Source: Ylistrum balloti (Eukaryota). From it: DNA of 64,000 nucleotides. Where the stretch lies: the NCBI RefSeq assembly GCF_031769215.1, contig NW_026783096.1, forward strand, positions 1-64,000. Reading direction: 5' to 3'. The translations under genes and the position numbers were made by a program. The notes beneath the pieces were generated by a model. It worked only from the letters and a program-made list of their open reading frames with translations, was not told the DNA's origin and searched no databases. Positions 1 to 11,657 of the stretch are shown one piece after another; position 1 is the stretch's first letter; every line of letters begins with the position of its first letter.

Positions 1-480
1 TATTGAAGAGGTAACAGAGTGAAATGTTCTGTATACATCTCTGTAATTAAAGGAGTTCGGAGATGTCTATTTATATGGGTATCGTATTTAAGTAGCCATG
101 CATTTTTTGTCTAATCTCTAATATTTCTATCAAAATGTGCTTGGTTTCCTCAATATTTCTTTCGATAAAAATACAATTTTAATTTCCCAGGGCTATTTGA
201 GGCACTGTGTTACGGCAGCCATAGTGGCTATATCAACAAAAACATCACATGATTCATGATTATGAAAACACTGTTTTTGCATCAATGATATAAGTTGTAC
301 TTAAAATATTTTGGTAATGGATTAATTTAATAGAAAGTACATATTTACAATGTAAAAATAGTTTTATAAGTTGCTAGGTTTCAACATATTAGCAACCACA
401 GAAAGTTACCTTGTCTATTAAATATGCTTCTCCTTCCTAAGTTTGTGTCTTGGTCGTGTACAGGTAGTGTTTTGAACATG
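1..480 (+). repeat. ~450-bp interspersed/local repeat of unknown class (other copies ~42930-43385 and ~45273-45720)
   Basis: Shared blocks such as 'tgtctatttatatgggtatc', 'gaggcactgtgttacggcagccat', 'ataagttgtacttaaaatatt' and 'gtcttggtcgtgtacaggtagtgtt' occur in all three places, with scattered mismatches. Boundaries are approximate. Confidence 0.8.
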
Positions 481-663
481 CTGACTGTCACATCTGGAAA
501 GTCCAGCAGTGATTTGACTTACTTAGATGTGTTATGCGTGACAATACGATAACGCCGTCTCAGATAGTCGTTTAGAAAAGTATCCTCATGCATACATCAA
601 TGTCAACAATGTTCAAACGTGTCTATTTATATCTAAAAAGAGTCATTTTTATTATTCGGATTT

Positions 664-668
<5 letters not shown>

Positions 669-697
<29 letters not shown>

Positions 698-698
698 T
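669..698 (+). repeat. (CAT)n microsatellite (longer copy at ~45931-45966)
   Basis: Direct reading of the catcatcat run. Confidence 0.95.
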
Positions 699-2328
699 GA
701 CTATATTTCATACGTAATACATGATTGCCAGTGATCCACTTAATACATTTTAAATGCACTACTTTAAGGATTTGCATTTGTTTAATTGTGTGATTTATTA
801 TTACAATAAAACCCACTCATCCTTTCACATACCCATCTTATCCAGCGTCCTTGAAGAATTTCTTAATTTTCTACCTTTACATGCCATAAAGGTCGTTAAT
901 TTACTGATGCCGATTATGGTTAATGCTTTGTAAATGACACGTTTATGTATTATTATCATTTATCATGCTGAATAATTTCTAATATATACCTTGGTTTTCT
1001 TATTTATTCTAATACGATTTCCCTCCACATTGCACTGATACAGTTGATTATAACCAATGTACTGAATACAGGGATATTTTGAAACTGAAACATTCCAAAA
1101 TAGGACCTTAAATATTCCCCACCTTCATCTATCTTATTTTCATAGATCTAAAGTATAACACGACAGCACGTGTTTTACAATCACTTCATATATGCCATAG
1201 CTAACGCTTGCACTCTGTTGAAACAGTTAAATAAGCAAAAAGAGGAGATATATCTGATTAGGAACACCCGTAAAAAACTATAAGACCGGGCATGCGTACT
1301 AAATAGTATGAATGTTAAAGCTAAGGTGTCCCTTATACAGACACTTGACCTTATTATCTCTACGGCAGAAGAATCCGCATTACCTGATCGAGGACACTTA
1401 TAGCTCAGTCGGTTATATCTTCAGGTGAAAACTGCGGTAGATGTTCCTACACACCCTACCAGCGGTGGCTTGTGTTTCTCAGGAAGTTGTGATGTAGCAC
1501 AAGCTACTTAAAGGAGATCCACCTCAAAATGTTCTTGAATGTTCACAGGACGAAAAACATAGCAACTTCATGCTCGAGGATTGATAAAATAGTTAACCAA
1601 AGCAAGGCCTCTTGCTCATCTTTTAACATATTATTCTCTGATTGAAACACGTCTGCTCAAATTATAGGAAGTTGAGGCAGTAATGATGTGGTGAACCAAA
1701 TTATTTACATTGCTCTGAATAAAATACAATACTCTAAAACTGTCCTTTAATGCATGTTTCTGTATATGCCAATACATCTGGTTATAGGTTGCAACGTTTT
1801 TTAATGGTACATTTTGACATTTTAATATGAAAAATGTCTCCGAGAGGGCAAATCTGGGCAAACTTGTTTTCACCTTCTATACACTATCAAGGAAAGGTAA
1901 GAAAAACGCATCCTGAACCAAATTGATTTTATTCATTTTTTAAAATGTATTTTTAAGAAATGACTGGAACATAATATGGTGCATACAATATTTGATATTC
2001 ACGTCCAAGACACACTCTACTTGTACATTTACAATAAAATACCCCAGTGAACTAATGGTAATAAGAATAGTAGCAATATCTCACCCAGTATCTAATCTGT
2101 GATCGCACTTATCAATATCATTATCGTAATAATCTTATCCGTTATTACAATTGTCTAATGCACCATTAGTTTTATTGATATGATTATCGTTATAATATGA
2201 TCATGATCGCTTTCAATGATATTAATTTTGCTATTATTTTTTTCATTATTTTTAATGATATTTTTTATGATCAAGTCCGTGATCACCTGTTTTAACAGTA
2301 ATATCTTTATAACTCCTGGTAATTGCTT

Positions 2329-2792
2329 CGGAGTGTCACACTATATAGCTGTAGATACAGTACTATTAATTATCATACTTAGTACTAACACTCGGAATGT
2401 CACACTATATATCTGTAGATACAGTATTATTAATTATCATACTTAGCACTAACACTCAGTGTGTCACACTTCATATCTGTAGAAACAGTACTATCAATTA
2501 TCATACTTAGTATAACACTCGGAGTGTCACAATATATACATTAGATACAGTACTATCAATTATCATACTTAGTAATAACACTCGGAGTGTCACACTATAT
2601 ATCTATGGAAACAGTACTATTAATTATCACACTTAGTACTAACACTCGGAGTGTCACACTGTATATCTATGGAAACAGTACTATTAATTATCACACTTAG
2701 TAATAACACTAGATGGAAACAGTACTATTAATTATCATACTTAGCACTAACACTCGGTGTGTCACAATATATACTATACGTTAGATACAGTA
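2329..2792 (+). repeat. 63-64-bp minisatellite, about 7 units
   Basis: Unit resembles cggagtgtcacactatatatctgtagatacagtactattaattatcatacttagtactaacact; unit starts fall at 2329, 2393, 2457, 2520, 2583 and 2647. Confidence 0.95.
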
Positions 2793-3169
2793 CTGGCAAT
2801 CCAGCGTTTCCAAACAAGTCAATCAACACTAGCGCCATTCTCCTGTACTTTATTTGATGATTTTCCAAGTCCCTTCACCTCCTGATAAGTCACTATCAAT
2901 TGACTCTGAGTGATACCAGTGAACGACACTTTTGTTGATACCTAAACGTGTCTGCCGTTTTCACTCGATGGTTTGCTTATGCTTTTGAGTGCAATAAAAA
3001 AAATCGTGACAGCTATACTTCAAGAAATAATGATACTTTGTTAAAATTCCCGGAAAACAAACAGAAAAGTAATGAATGATCTGTAACAAAATTTCAGTTC
3101 TACAACACCTGCAATCTTACAAAAAAAACAATGATATGTTAATATAATCATAATACAAAATCAAATAAA

Positions 3170-3420
3170 ACTAGGGTAAAATATGAACAAAGAAAATATT
3201 GACACGGAGACCCTTGAAAAATAAGTATAAAAAAAAATTAACTATGTGTTCCCTAAGCGTTTTCTGCTTCATCGGCGACATCTGTCTTGTAAACCTTGGT
3301 AAATCAAAATTATTAATGTCACGTTCTTAATGGAGATCATGATATACGACAACAAAACCAAAAGCCAAATTAACGAGCATCAAACACGTCAAGCTTCATA
3401 TCGCACCAAGAACTAGAATA
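3170..3420 (-). mobile_element. 3' non-coding fragment of a Penelope-like-derived repeat (duplicate at ~47810-48060)
   Basis: The reverse complement 'ccaaggtttaca...gatgaagcagaaaacgct' matches the plus-strand copies at ~31480-31630 and ~35290-35400, which follow Penelope-like RT C-terminal coding remnants. Confidence 0.55.
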
Positions 3421-4417
3421 TTTCTCAATGCGATCACTATGGAAACCAATAATATTTATCAAATTGCATCTAATGAAACTCTGTGTAACGAGTTTGTCCG
3501 TCAATTGAAGACTTCCTGCACGGGAATCATGATTATATGATATTAAGTCAGTGACTCGTCGTACACAGATTTAGTCTTCAGAAGAATGGGCATAGTATTG
3601 ACAAACGGATATACAGCTATTACTAGTAAACTGTAACTAAATATAGCTATAAAGACGATCGGTTATAATTGTTAAATATCATGGCTTGACGTCAGTAAGA
3701 CAATGTCAATGGCATCTAGTTATACATGCAGATATATCTATCATGTCTCATTTTTAGATATGCAGCTATTTGCTATCAACGACTATCGTATACACATTTA
3801 CCCATTTAGGCCTCCAGAATCGGAATAAAGAACACGCCAAATTATACTTCATTAGCCACTAACCTCGATATTTCCCTGCTATGAGATTGCTGGCCAATAA
3901 ACCTTTTCTATTTTTCATTTATTTTAAAAGAAAACCCTGACCTTTTTATTTGCATTTCACACTTATATTTCCGTATTAACGCAACAAATCTAAATTTTAA
4001 ATCTAAACATGCAAAAGATAAAGAAACAAAAAATATACAAAAATACCGATTAGATTTATCTACTATGATACAAACAAGAAGTTTTTAATTTCTAATCACA
4101 ATGTTCTTTTTCTCACGCTTCCTACCCTCTCCGAAAGTTGACGTCATCTATGATTGTCCATGCCTTATATGATTATATTTGAAACTTCTACATTCTCTAA
4201 GTCCATTTCACTAGGTACAACTCTTCCGATGGTTGCATTCCCCGTTTTTTCGAGCAGACTTATAAGTTTTTTACGTCCTCAAGCGCTAATGATGCATTTC
4301 GATAACGCAAAATGTTAAAAGATTACTATAACACAGTCCCAATTTCTTTCTGAAAAAAATTACATCACGAATAAGTGCTGAACGAATGTACGGGTAAACT
4401 GTAGCCAAGTGTCTATT

Positions 4418-5661
4418 TTAAGATGAACTAACATATACAGCATAGACCACGTTAGCAGTCACAAGTAGCACAAAGAACGACACCAGGAATACTCGGTCCA
4501 TCAACACACCAAACTCCCTTTTCGTTACCGTAGTCAAGGTAATTGTTTCTTCATCCTTTAATTCCATCGCTCCGTCGCTCTTAACTGCATCATTGTTACA
4601 TGGAATTGAATTAATATCATCTCCAAATTTGTTCTTTCTTTTCTTGGCTTCAAAATGTTTTCGAGGGTAAGTGATTTTTGAAAGCCACATCGGGATTCGC
4701 TCTTCATTTTCTGCCAAATGGAATCTAAGTCCAATTGTAGTGAAGAAGAGAATAAGTGCACTGTATGTGACATTACAGATAAGGTACTGGGTGAAGATCG
4801 ACACTGGATTTGTGACAGGGAGTTTCTCTGATATCAACGTCATGTACACAGAAAACGAGAGAAACATGGTGACGGAGAAGGACACTCTCTCCCCGGAATG
4901 TGGGGGTAGAAGGAATACTGCTAAGTTAATGAAGCACAGGAGGACAATGGTGTCAGAAGGTTAACAATGATGAACTCCGGTTTTCGTTGAAAGATAACTC
5001 CAAAAGCGATCGTACTCGTTATGTAGGAGGTTTCATTACATGTATAGAAACCATTTACTCTCCACTGTGAGACATCTTCAATAGTAGACAGATTACTTAA
5101 ACTGACCGGAAGCAACACCAGTTCGTTTAAATAATCCGGAGATGTAAGTTTTATAGTACAGTTATGACGATCAAACGGATAGTAACTCATATCGGGTCGA
5201 CAGGATGTGCTTGTCATCACTGTATCAGATATTATATGTTGTCCTGTGTAACCACCACGAACATTGCCTTCCAAAAAAATTGTCTTCGTCTTGGTATTTC
5301 CGGATGGGTTGTTCAGAATAAGGAATGGGTTCCACACTTGACCACTTTCAAACGTCACATAAAATACTTTGGAAGTTGACATGTTCCATCGCATTATTTC
5401 ATTAGTCCATGTCGCAGTAAAAGTGGAAGTGCTCACAAGATCTCCTGATATTTCATGAAAAGCATTAATAGAATGAAAAGTCCATGTAACAGAAACATAA
5501 ATTGGGTAATACTGGTTCCAAACAGGACGGAGATGTTTGCTGTAGTTCTGAAGAAGTTGATTGTGGAATTCTCTAGCAGATTTAAATGTCAGGACAGTGA
5601 ATTCCAAACCAGATGTGATATGGCAAATGATATTCAGAAGAAATAAAGTGTTGATATCCAT
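4418..5661 (-). pseudogene. Intronless nAChR-like Cys-loop subunit, gene A copy 1, with a 1-bp frameshift at the start of M1
   Basis: Signal peptide MDINTLFLLNIICHITSG (first ATG at 5661), Cys-loop C-x13-C (CRPDMSYYPFDRHNC) and M1-M4 split over ORFs 4921-5670 and 4418-4885. The sequence reads aggacaatggtgtc here versus aggacaatcggtgtc in the intact copy, so one C is missing between 4948 and 4949. Confidence 0.9.
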
Positions 5662-6404
5662 ATCCTCCAACCGAATAGAATTCTGCTCAGCAACACGATA
5701 ACGTGTTTGAATGTCATGGGGGTGTTACTTTATAGAATATCTGAATATCTCTGTTATTGCCAGTGGATCATATCTTAATTCATATTGGCCAAAGCTATTA
5801 TGGAGAATGACAACGTGATATAGGTATATCAACAAATAATCGATCGCCCGTATTTTGTACTGTGACTATATACAATAATACGTGAATAATAAAAGCGCAT
5901 TTTGAAGCGAACTGATATATCAATAAAGAGTAGGCTATTTGTTAACATACCAATTAGGATTTATATTTCACTAATGGAGTTTTGTTGAAACTGTCCAGAA
6001 AATTGACTGACCATAGCCATTCTTCCATGTGATCTGATAAAGGTAAACTCTATATACATATAACGGTGATTCTTTAAGTGCTGGACACAATAATGATTGA
6101 TTCATAAACTTCAGTGCGTAACGATTGTGAAGCCATTCCTATCTTAATTCCACTGATGTTGTTGTATTGTTCTGTGTTCTGGGTAGTCCTTACATTCATC
6201 AATCAGAGCGTAGCTCTGGCCATTGCACCCAACGAAGTGGAATTTCCAAATGACAAGAATTTGATAATTAAAAGCAGTGTTTATTCCTTTCAATAAAAAG
6301 TAACCATATTGTCCAACAATTATTGAAAGTAGGTATATACATTTACGTATGTAATGATTTATATTAACTTTGAAAATAGATACTCTGACTGTGCTAATAG
6401 CCAG

Positions 6405-6852
6405 TTATCAAACTGTAAACGTCGTCACGGTTGTCAGCAATGATCAAACTGTAAACGTCGTCACGGTTGTCAACAGTGATCAAACTGTAAACGTCGTCAC
6501 GGTCGTCAGCAGTAATCAAACTGTAAACGTCGTCACGGTTGTCAACAGTGATCAAACTGTAAACGTCGTCACAGTTGTCAGCAGTATCAAACTGTAAACG
6601 TCGTCAAGATCTTCAACAGTGATCAAACTGTAAACGTCGTCACGGTCGTCAACAGTAATCAAACTGTAAACGTCGACACTATCTTAAACAGTGATCAAAT
6701 TGCTAAAGTTGTCACGATCTTCAGCAGTGATCAAACTGTTAAAGTTGTCACGGTAGTCAACAGTTATAAAACTGTAAACGTCGTCACGGTTGTCAGCAGT
6801 AATCAAAATGTTAACGTCGTCACGATCTCCAAAAGTGATCAAACTGTAAACA
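6405..6852 (+). repeat. 36-bp minisatellite, about 12 units (duplicate at ~51026-51473)
   Basis: Unit resembles atcaaactgtaaacgtcgtcacggttgtcagcagtg with period 36 (6411, 6447, ...). One 35-bp unit is present in both copies. Confidence 0.95.
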
Positions 6853-7924
6853 TTTTTTGGTATTTATCCACCCCATTATAGCAATTCAGTAAGTTTTCCA
6901 AATAAGAGATGCTGTGCCATTTACCTCCATTTAATTTCATATTTTCCAGATTGCTACTGAGTTTGACAGTTATCCGGCTCATCTTTTTGCCGGAAATCTT
7001 ACATTACGTTGTTTTTGTTTGGTTTTGTTTTTTTGTTTTTTGTTTTTTTTTTTGTTTGTTTGTTTTTCGTTTTGTTTTTCGTTTTGTTTTTTTTATTCAT
7101 TAAATAAGTTGTTGTTTAAGTGCATGTGAATTTTCAGTCATCACCTCTCAAGCTTAGGACATAAAGACCAAGAATATGTCGCATGTAATAAATTTCAAAA
7201 TACAAAGTTGTTAAGATTTGTTTCTGTCGGATACCGCGATATGATAATCCAGCCAACCTAGAGCCGTCAAATATACTGTATAAGAAGCCACTCGGTAGTT
7301 TAAAATTCACCTGGTTAGCCCTTTGAAAGGACAAAATGAAACCTAAGCCAAAGATTTAAGCTGGTGAGAAAAGATTTATTTAATGTGTATTTTGACGAAA
7401 AAGGCTTGACACATTTACTCAATTGTCATGCAAATATCCCCCCTGATATAGTTAGCATTCTAACAGCAAGTAAGGCCGGGCTGTAAAGCTTCCTAACCAG
7501 GATTATGCAGTCACGATGTTTCAAAAATGACATAGAACAAATTTAGTATATGAACTAGTAGCTAGTTTAATTAGGAACTGTCAATTACAGAGTTGTGTGC
7601 TCCTTATTCCGTCTTTTCGTAATGGAGGTTATCTGCTTGTGTGACCAGGTGTTAATTGTTACTTCATTCATTCATGTTATTTTCTCGCGTAGACTAATAC
7701 AGAAACAACAAATACACACTCCCAAGAGCAGATAACTCTTTATTACGAAAAACTCTTAATGATAGTACTTGAATTAACACTGGAACTTTATTGCATTCTG
7801 TCCGAATGCTATAAGGTCGATGTTAATGCCTCTTTTCTTTACCCATGATACGTAAATATTACTTAAGTTTGCATTTAACTCGACATTATTTAGGTTTTAC
7901 GTTTATCTCCTTGCATGCTGGAAA

Positions 7925-8062
7925 GGTGTGTATCTTCAAGCATAGTAAAAAGGTGTGTATCTCTATGCATGGCATAAAGGTGTGTATCTTCAAGCAAGGT
8001 AGAAATGTGTTTATTCTCAAGCAATGTAGAAATGTATCTATCGTCAAGCAAGGTAGAAATGC
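7925..8062 (+). repeat. 27-bp tandem repeat, about 5 degenerate units (duplicate at ~52543-52680)
   Basis: Unit resembles ggtgtgtatcttcaagcaaggtagaaa. Confidence 0.85.
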
Positions 8063-8736
8063 GGAAAAGTGTGTTGAGAATGAGAAATATCCTGTTTGGA
8101 AACCATAGACAAATTGTAGATATAGTACGTAGAGTATTTACGTAACATAATAAATACCTAATAGTGATCGCTGAGTATGGGCTACTAAGTGAAGTGTAGT
8201 GAAAGCTCTGGTAAAGTTCGAGGTGAAATAGTATAATAGAAATGCCTTATTAAATCATGTGTATGAAACTAACCCAGAACAACAATAAATATTTCAATTT
8301 CTACCCAAATCAGACTCAATGAAACTACTTCAACATTTAATAACCGTAACTTTACGTTTCAAAAAATGTGAAGCGACTGATGCCTGATATTTCTTGTTCT
8401 CCGCTTCGGTGCCTGTAAAACAATGGCCGACATCGCTTCGTTTGCGAGCCGGCGCACCACGTCTAGACGTTATTATTTCGCAAAAAAATGCATACTGTCT
8501 TTGTTGCACAGTATTATCTAAATTTTCATTAAAGTTGTCGAAAAAATATATTAAATAATGTTCTTATTTAAGTTTCATTGAATATGAAGTAACCACGCTG
8601 AAATATATTTCAACCTGTCACAATAATCTGTCTTCAAATGACGGACTATTTGCTTGTATCACGTCAAACGATATGATGACAAGAAACGAAACGAAAGTTT
8701 CCATGCTATAGCAAAAGAGATGCGTGAATTGAAATA

Positions 8737-8895
8737 TAAGGGTTGAATCTTGCTTGTGTCGATTTCATGGGATGATGAATTGAATTGGTCTTGAGATAAA
8801 TTTAATGAACTGCAAAGCAGTTCATGTTGAATTTGTCTCAAGACCAACTCAATTCATCATCCCATTAAATCGACATAAACAAGATTCAATCCTTA
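8737..8895. repeat. Long inverted repeat / hairpin with ~78-bp arms and a 3-nt loop
   Basis: taagggttgaatcttg...atgaactgc-aaa-gcagttcat...caagattcaatcctta; the arms are reverse-complementary with a few mismatches. Confidence 0.9.
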
Positions 8896-9124
8896 AATGA
8901 ACAACAGAATGTTGTGATATCGTGGTAATGTAAGCAGGTAGTGTTTAAGACATTTTTTTTATCAGAAGAAGTGACATATTGGAGATGAATAGCAGTACCA
9001 GGTTAACCGTAGTGAAGTGTCTTGATAAGATGGTGTAATATACACAGCATTGAATGTATTCATCGTATTTGTATTGGATGAACAGCAATACCAGGCTAAC
9101 CGTTGTTAAATGTATTTTGGAAAT

Positions 9125-10060
9125 GATGTGACATAATAAGCACAGCTTACAATTGCAGTCATCAGAAGTACAAGGAAGGACAATAGCAACACTCTGTCCA
9201 TCGGCCCACCTTACTCACTTTGCGTTACCGTAGTTAATGGATCTGTCCTCAACCTTAAAATCAAACCTTAAAATCACCCGATTTCTGCTGTTTCATTGAT
9301 AAACGATTTTTGTGAATTCCACATAGGGATTCGCTCTTCATTCTCTGCCATATGAAATTTCTGTCTAACTATAATAGAGAAGACAATAAATGCATTATAC
9401 ACAACATAACAGATGAGGTCCTGGGTAAAGATTGACACTGGATTTGTGACAGGGAGTTTCTCTAATATCAACGTCATGTATACAGAAAACGAGAGAAACA
9501 ACCTATATTTATAAATATTGACACGCGCTTCCCAGAGCAAGACAATCGGTGTCGAAGGCTCGTTATGATGACCTCATTGAAAGATCATTCTAAAGGCAGG
9601 TTATCACTGTAAAAGGAACAAGCTAGTATTTTCATTAGCAGCACCTCGAACTTTACCGTCCAAAACTCTATCTTCATTGTGGTATTTCTGATTGCGTTGT
9701 TTAGCGTAAGCAATTGATTTCACACTTGTTCAGTCAAACGTCACATAAAAGACTTTGTTAGCGAACACATTGCAGCGCATAAACTGATCAATCTATGTAA
9801 TAGTAAAATATGATGGGGTTGCCATATTTCCATATATGTTCTGAAAGCATTAATGAAAAAAACGTTTCATTCAATAGATACGAAAATTGGGTTAGTTTGA
9901 TATCTATTTGGACGGAGAAGATTGCTATAGTTCTGAAGAAGATGATTATAAAAATTGACATCAGATGATTCAAACGTCAAATTACTGAATTTCCGAAAGT
10001 GTTTGATATGGCAAATGACATTCTAAAGACAAAAAGAATGATGACAAAATACTCAGGTAG
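9125..10060 (-). pseudogene. Decayed nAChR-like paralog of gene A
   Basis: The minus strand retains FYNHLLQNYSNLLRP...IFVSIE* (Trp to stop), FLSFSVYMTLILEKLPVTNPVSIFTQDLIC, FHMAENEERIPMW and an M4 remnant. It has several deletions and frameshifts. Boundaries are approximate. Confidence 0.9.
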
Positions 10061-10329
10061 ATGGAAATGCTGCTTATCATTACGATAATGTGTTTGTCAG
10101 TATTGTTAGTCGGCAAGGAGAGTTCATTATCTGTATGATGAACACAAAATGGTAAAGATCACAAATATAAGTGATTATTCTGCCATTTAGATTAATAAAG
10201 TTGAGGATCCTTGACAACTGTTTTATCACCAATGTATGCACAATAACTTTCAGGTATGACCGCACAACTTTCAAGAAATGTGCGGCAAGGCCGTAAAATT
10301 TGTTACAAGAAGACGTCACGTGACAGCTT

Positions 10330-11317
10330 CAGAGACTGCCCGAGCAATTAGAATACTGTATGCAGGACAATCATAACTGTCTGTAGCTGCACACTTCAAT
10401 GTGGTCACAGTGTCATTTCTTGATCATGAAATCGCTTTCAGATGACCAGAAACGTCACCGATAGAACTCGAATGGAATAGGAAAGCCCTTCAGGATCGTT
10501 ATCTAATTACGTATTATCAGAAATCGGTTTTGCAAGTTCCTAAAGGTTGAATAGCGACTTTTGTCAAGCAACAGGAAGAAGACCTTCTGAAGAAACACTG
10601 AGGAATAGATTTCACCGTTCTGGATTACGTGTTCACAGACCCGTGGTATGACTCACACATACCATAGCTTGGAAGCATTGGGCAGCTGCCTTTGTGAATT
10701 GGCGGCTACGTCAACGACACCTATCATTTTAAAGGATGAGTCCAGATTTCAACATGACAGGAGGCGTGTTTGGCGTGGGTTTGAGTTAGAGGTATGTTGA
10801 CTGATGCGTCACTGAACATGACCGTTTCGGTTGGGGCTTGGTAATGTTTAGAGGGGGTTTTTATTGTCGGACTGACTTGTACGTGACTGGAGGCTCACAG
10901 GTTTACGATACCGGAATGAAGTACTTCATTCAATGGTAAGAGCCTTTGCGCATGGTGTCGGCCCTGAGATTGTGCTGATGGACGACAGTTCTAGACCACA
11001 TAGAGATTCACTTTTGAAAAAGTACCTTCAAGTACCTAGTCTTTCACCCAACCTTAACCTGATCGAGCATGCATGGGGCATGTTAAGCAACCAACTGGAA
11101 CATTTTGAATTTTCAGCGCCATCGAGATTTTATATTTGTTTTAGAAGGATTTGAACATTTTATGTAATCATACGATTCAATGCAATGTATTCAAAGTGGG
11201 GAAAAACCGTTTTCTTTTTGCTTGACTTCATTCTTATATTGCTTATTCCAAAAGATTTTGCCTTTCGATACAAATAAATTAACCTTTAAAAAGAGCCTCC
11301 AAACTTTTTGTGCCCAG
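10330..11317 (+). mobile_element. Tc1-family DNA transposon relic (duplicate at ~54950-55950)
   Basis: Motifs QDRYL, DESRF, MDDSSRPHR and SPNLNLIEHAWGML (DDE remnants, with the D-E spacing shortened by deletion). A terminal-like 'aaactttttgtgcccag' is followed by TA. No left TIR was found. Confidence 0.85.
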
Positions 11318-11618
11318 TACATGGTCAATGGTTCAGATTAAGCGCTGATTGGCACAATTGAAGCAGCTGAGAAAATTCCGTTTATGTTCGTTAATAGACA
11401 GACATACTAATACTGGTAACCTCGTTTATGACATCCGACAATGAACCATCACTGTCTGTGTACAGGAAATACACCAAATAAAGTAGACAATGTCTTTTCA
11501 ACGATCTATTACATCAAATGCATTTTGGTTAAATGTTTACATATAATTTAGGGTTAATATTTCACTAATGGAAATGGGGTTATATTTGAATCCTGTCCGG
11601 AAACAGCACAACAAATAC

Positions 11619-11657
11619 CATTCATTCATACATTCATTCATTCATTCATTCATTCAT
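11619..11657 (+). repeat. (TTCA)n microsatellite (longer in copy 2, ~56252-56303)
   Basis: Direct reading. Confidence 0.9.

Noticed and set aside
1401-1415. tagctcagtcggtt resembles a tRNA/SINE A-box
   Set aside because: No B-box (GTTCRA) and no cloverleaf follow it.
2329-6852. Tandem arrays with 64-bp and 36-bp periods as possible CRISPR arrays
   Set aside because: Units are contiguous with no unique spacers, there are no cas genes, and the context is eukaryotic.
7010-7100. Hydrophobic Phe/Val/Cys-rich ORFs (6909-7103, 20132-20441, 51530-51747)
   Set aside because: They are translations of T-rich low-complexity tracts, not membrane proteins.
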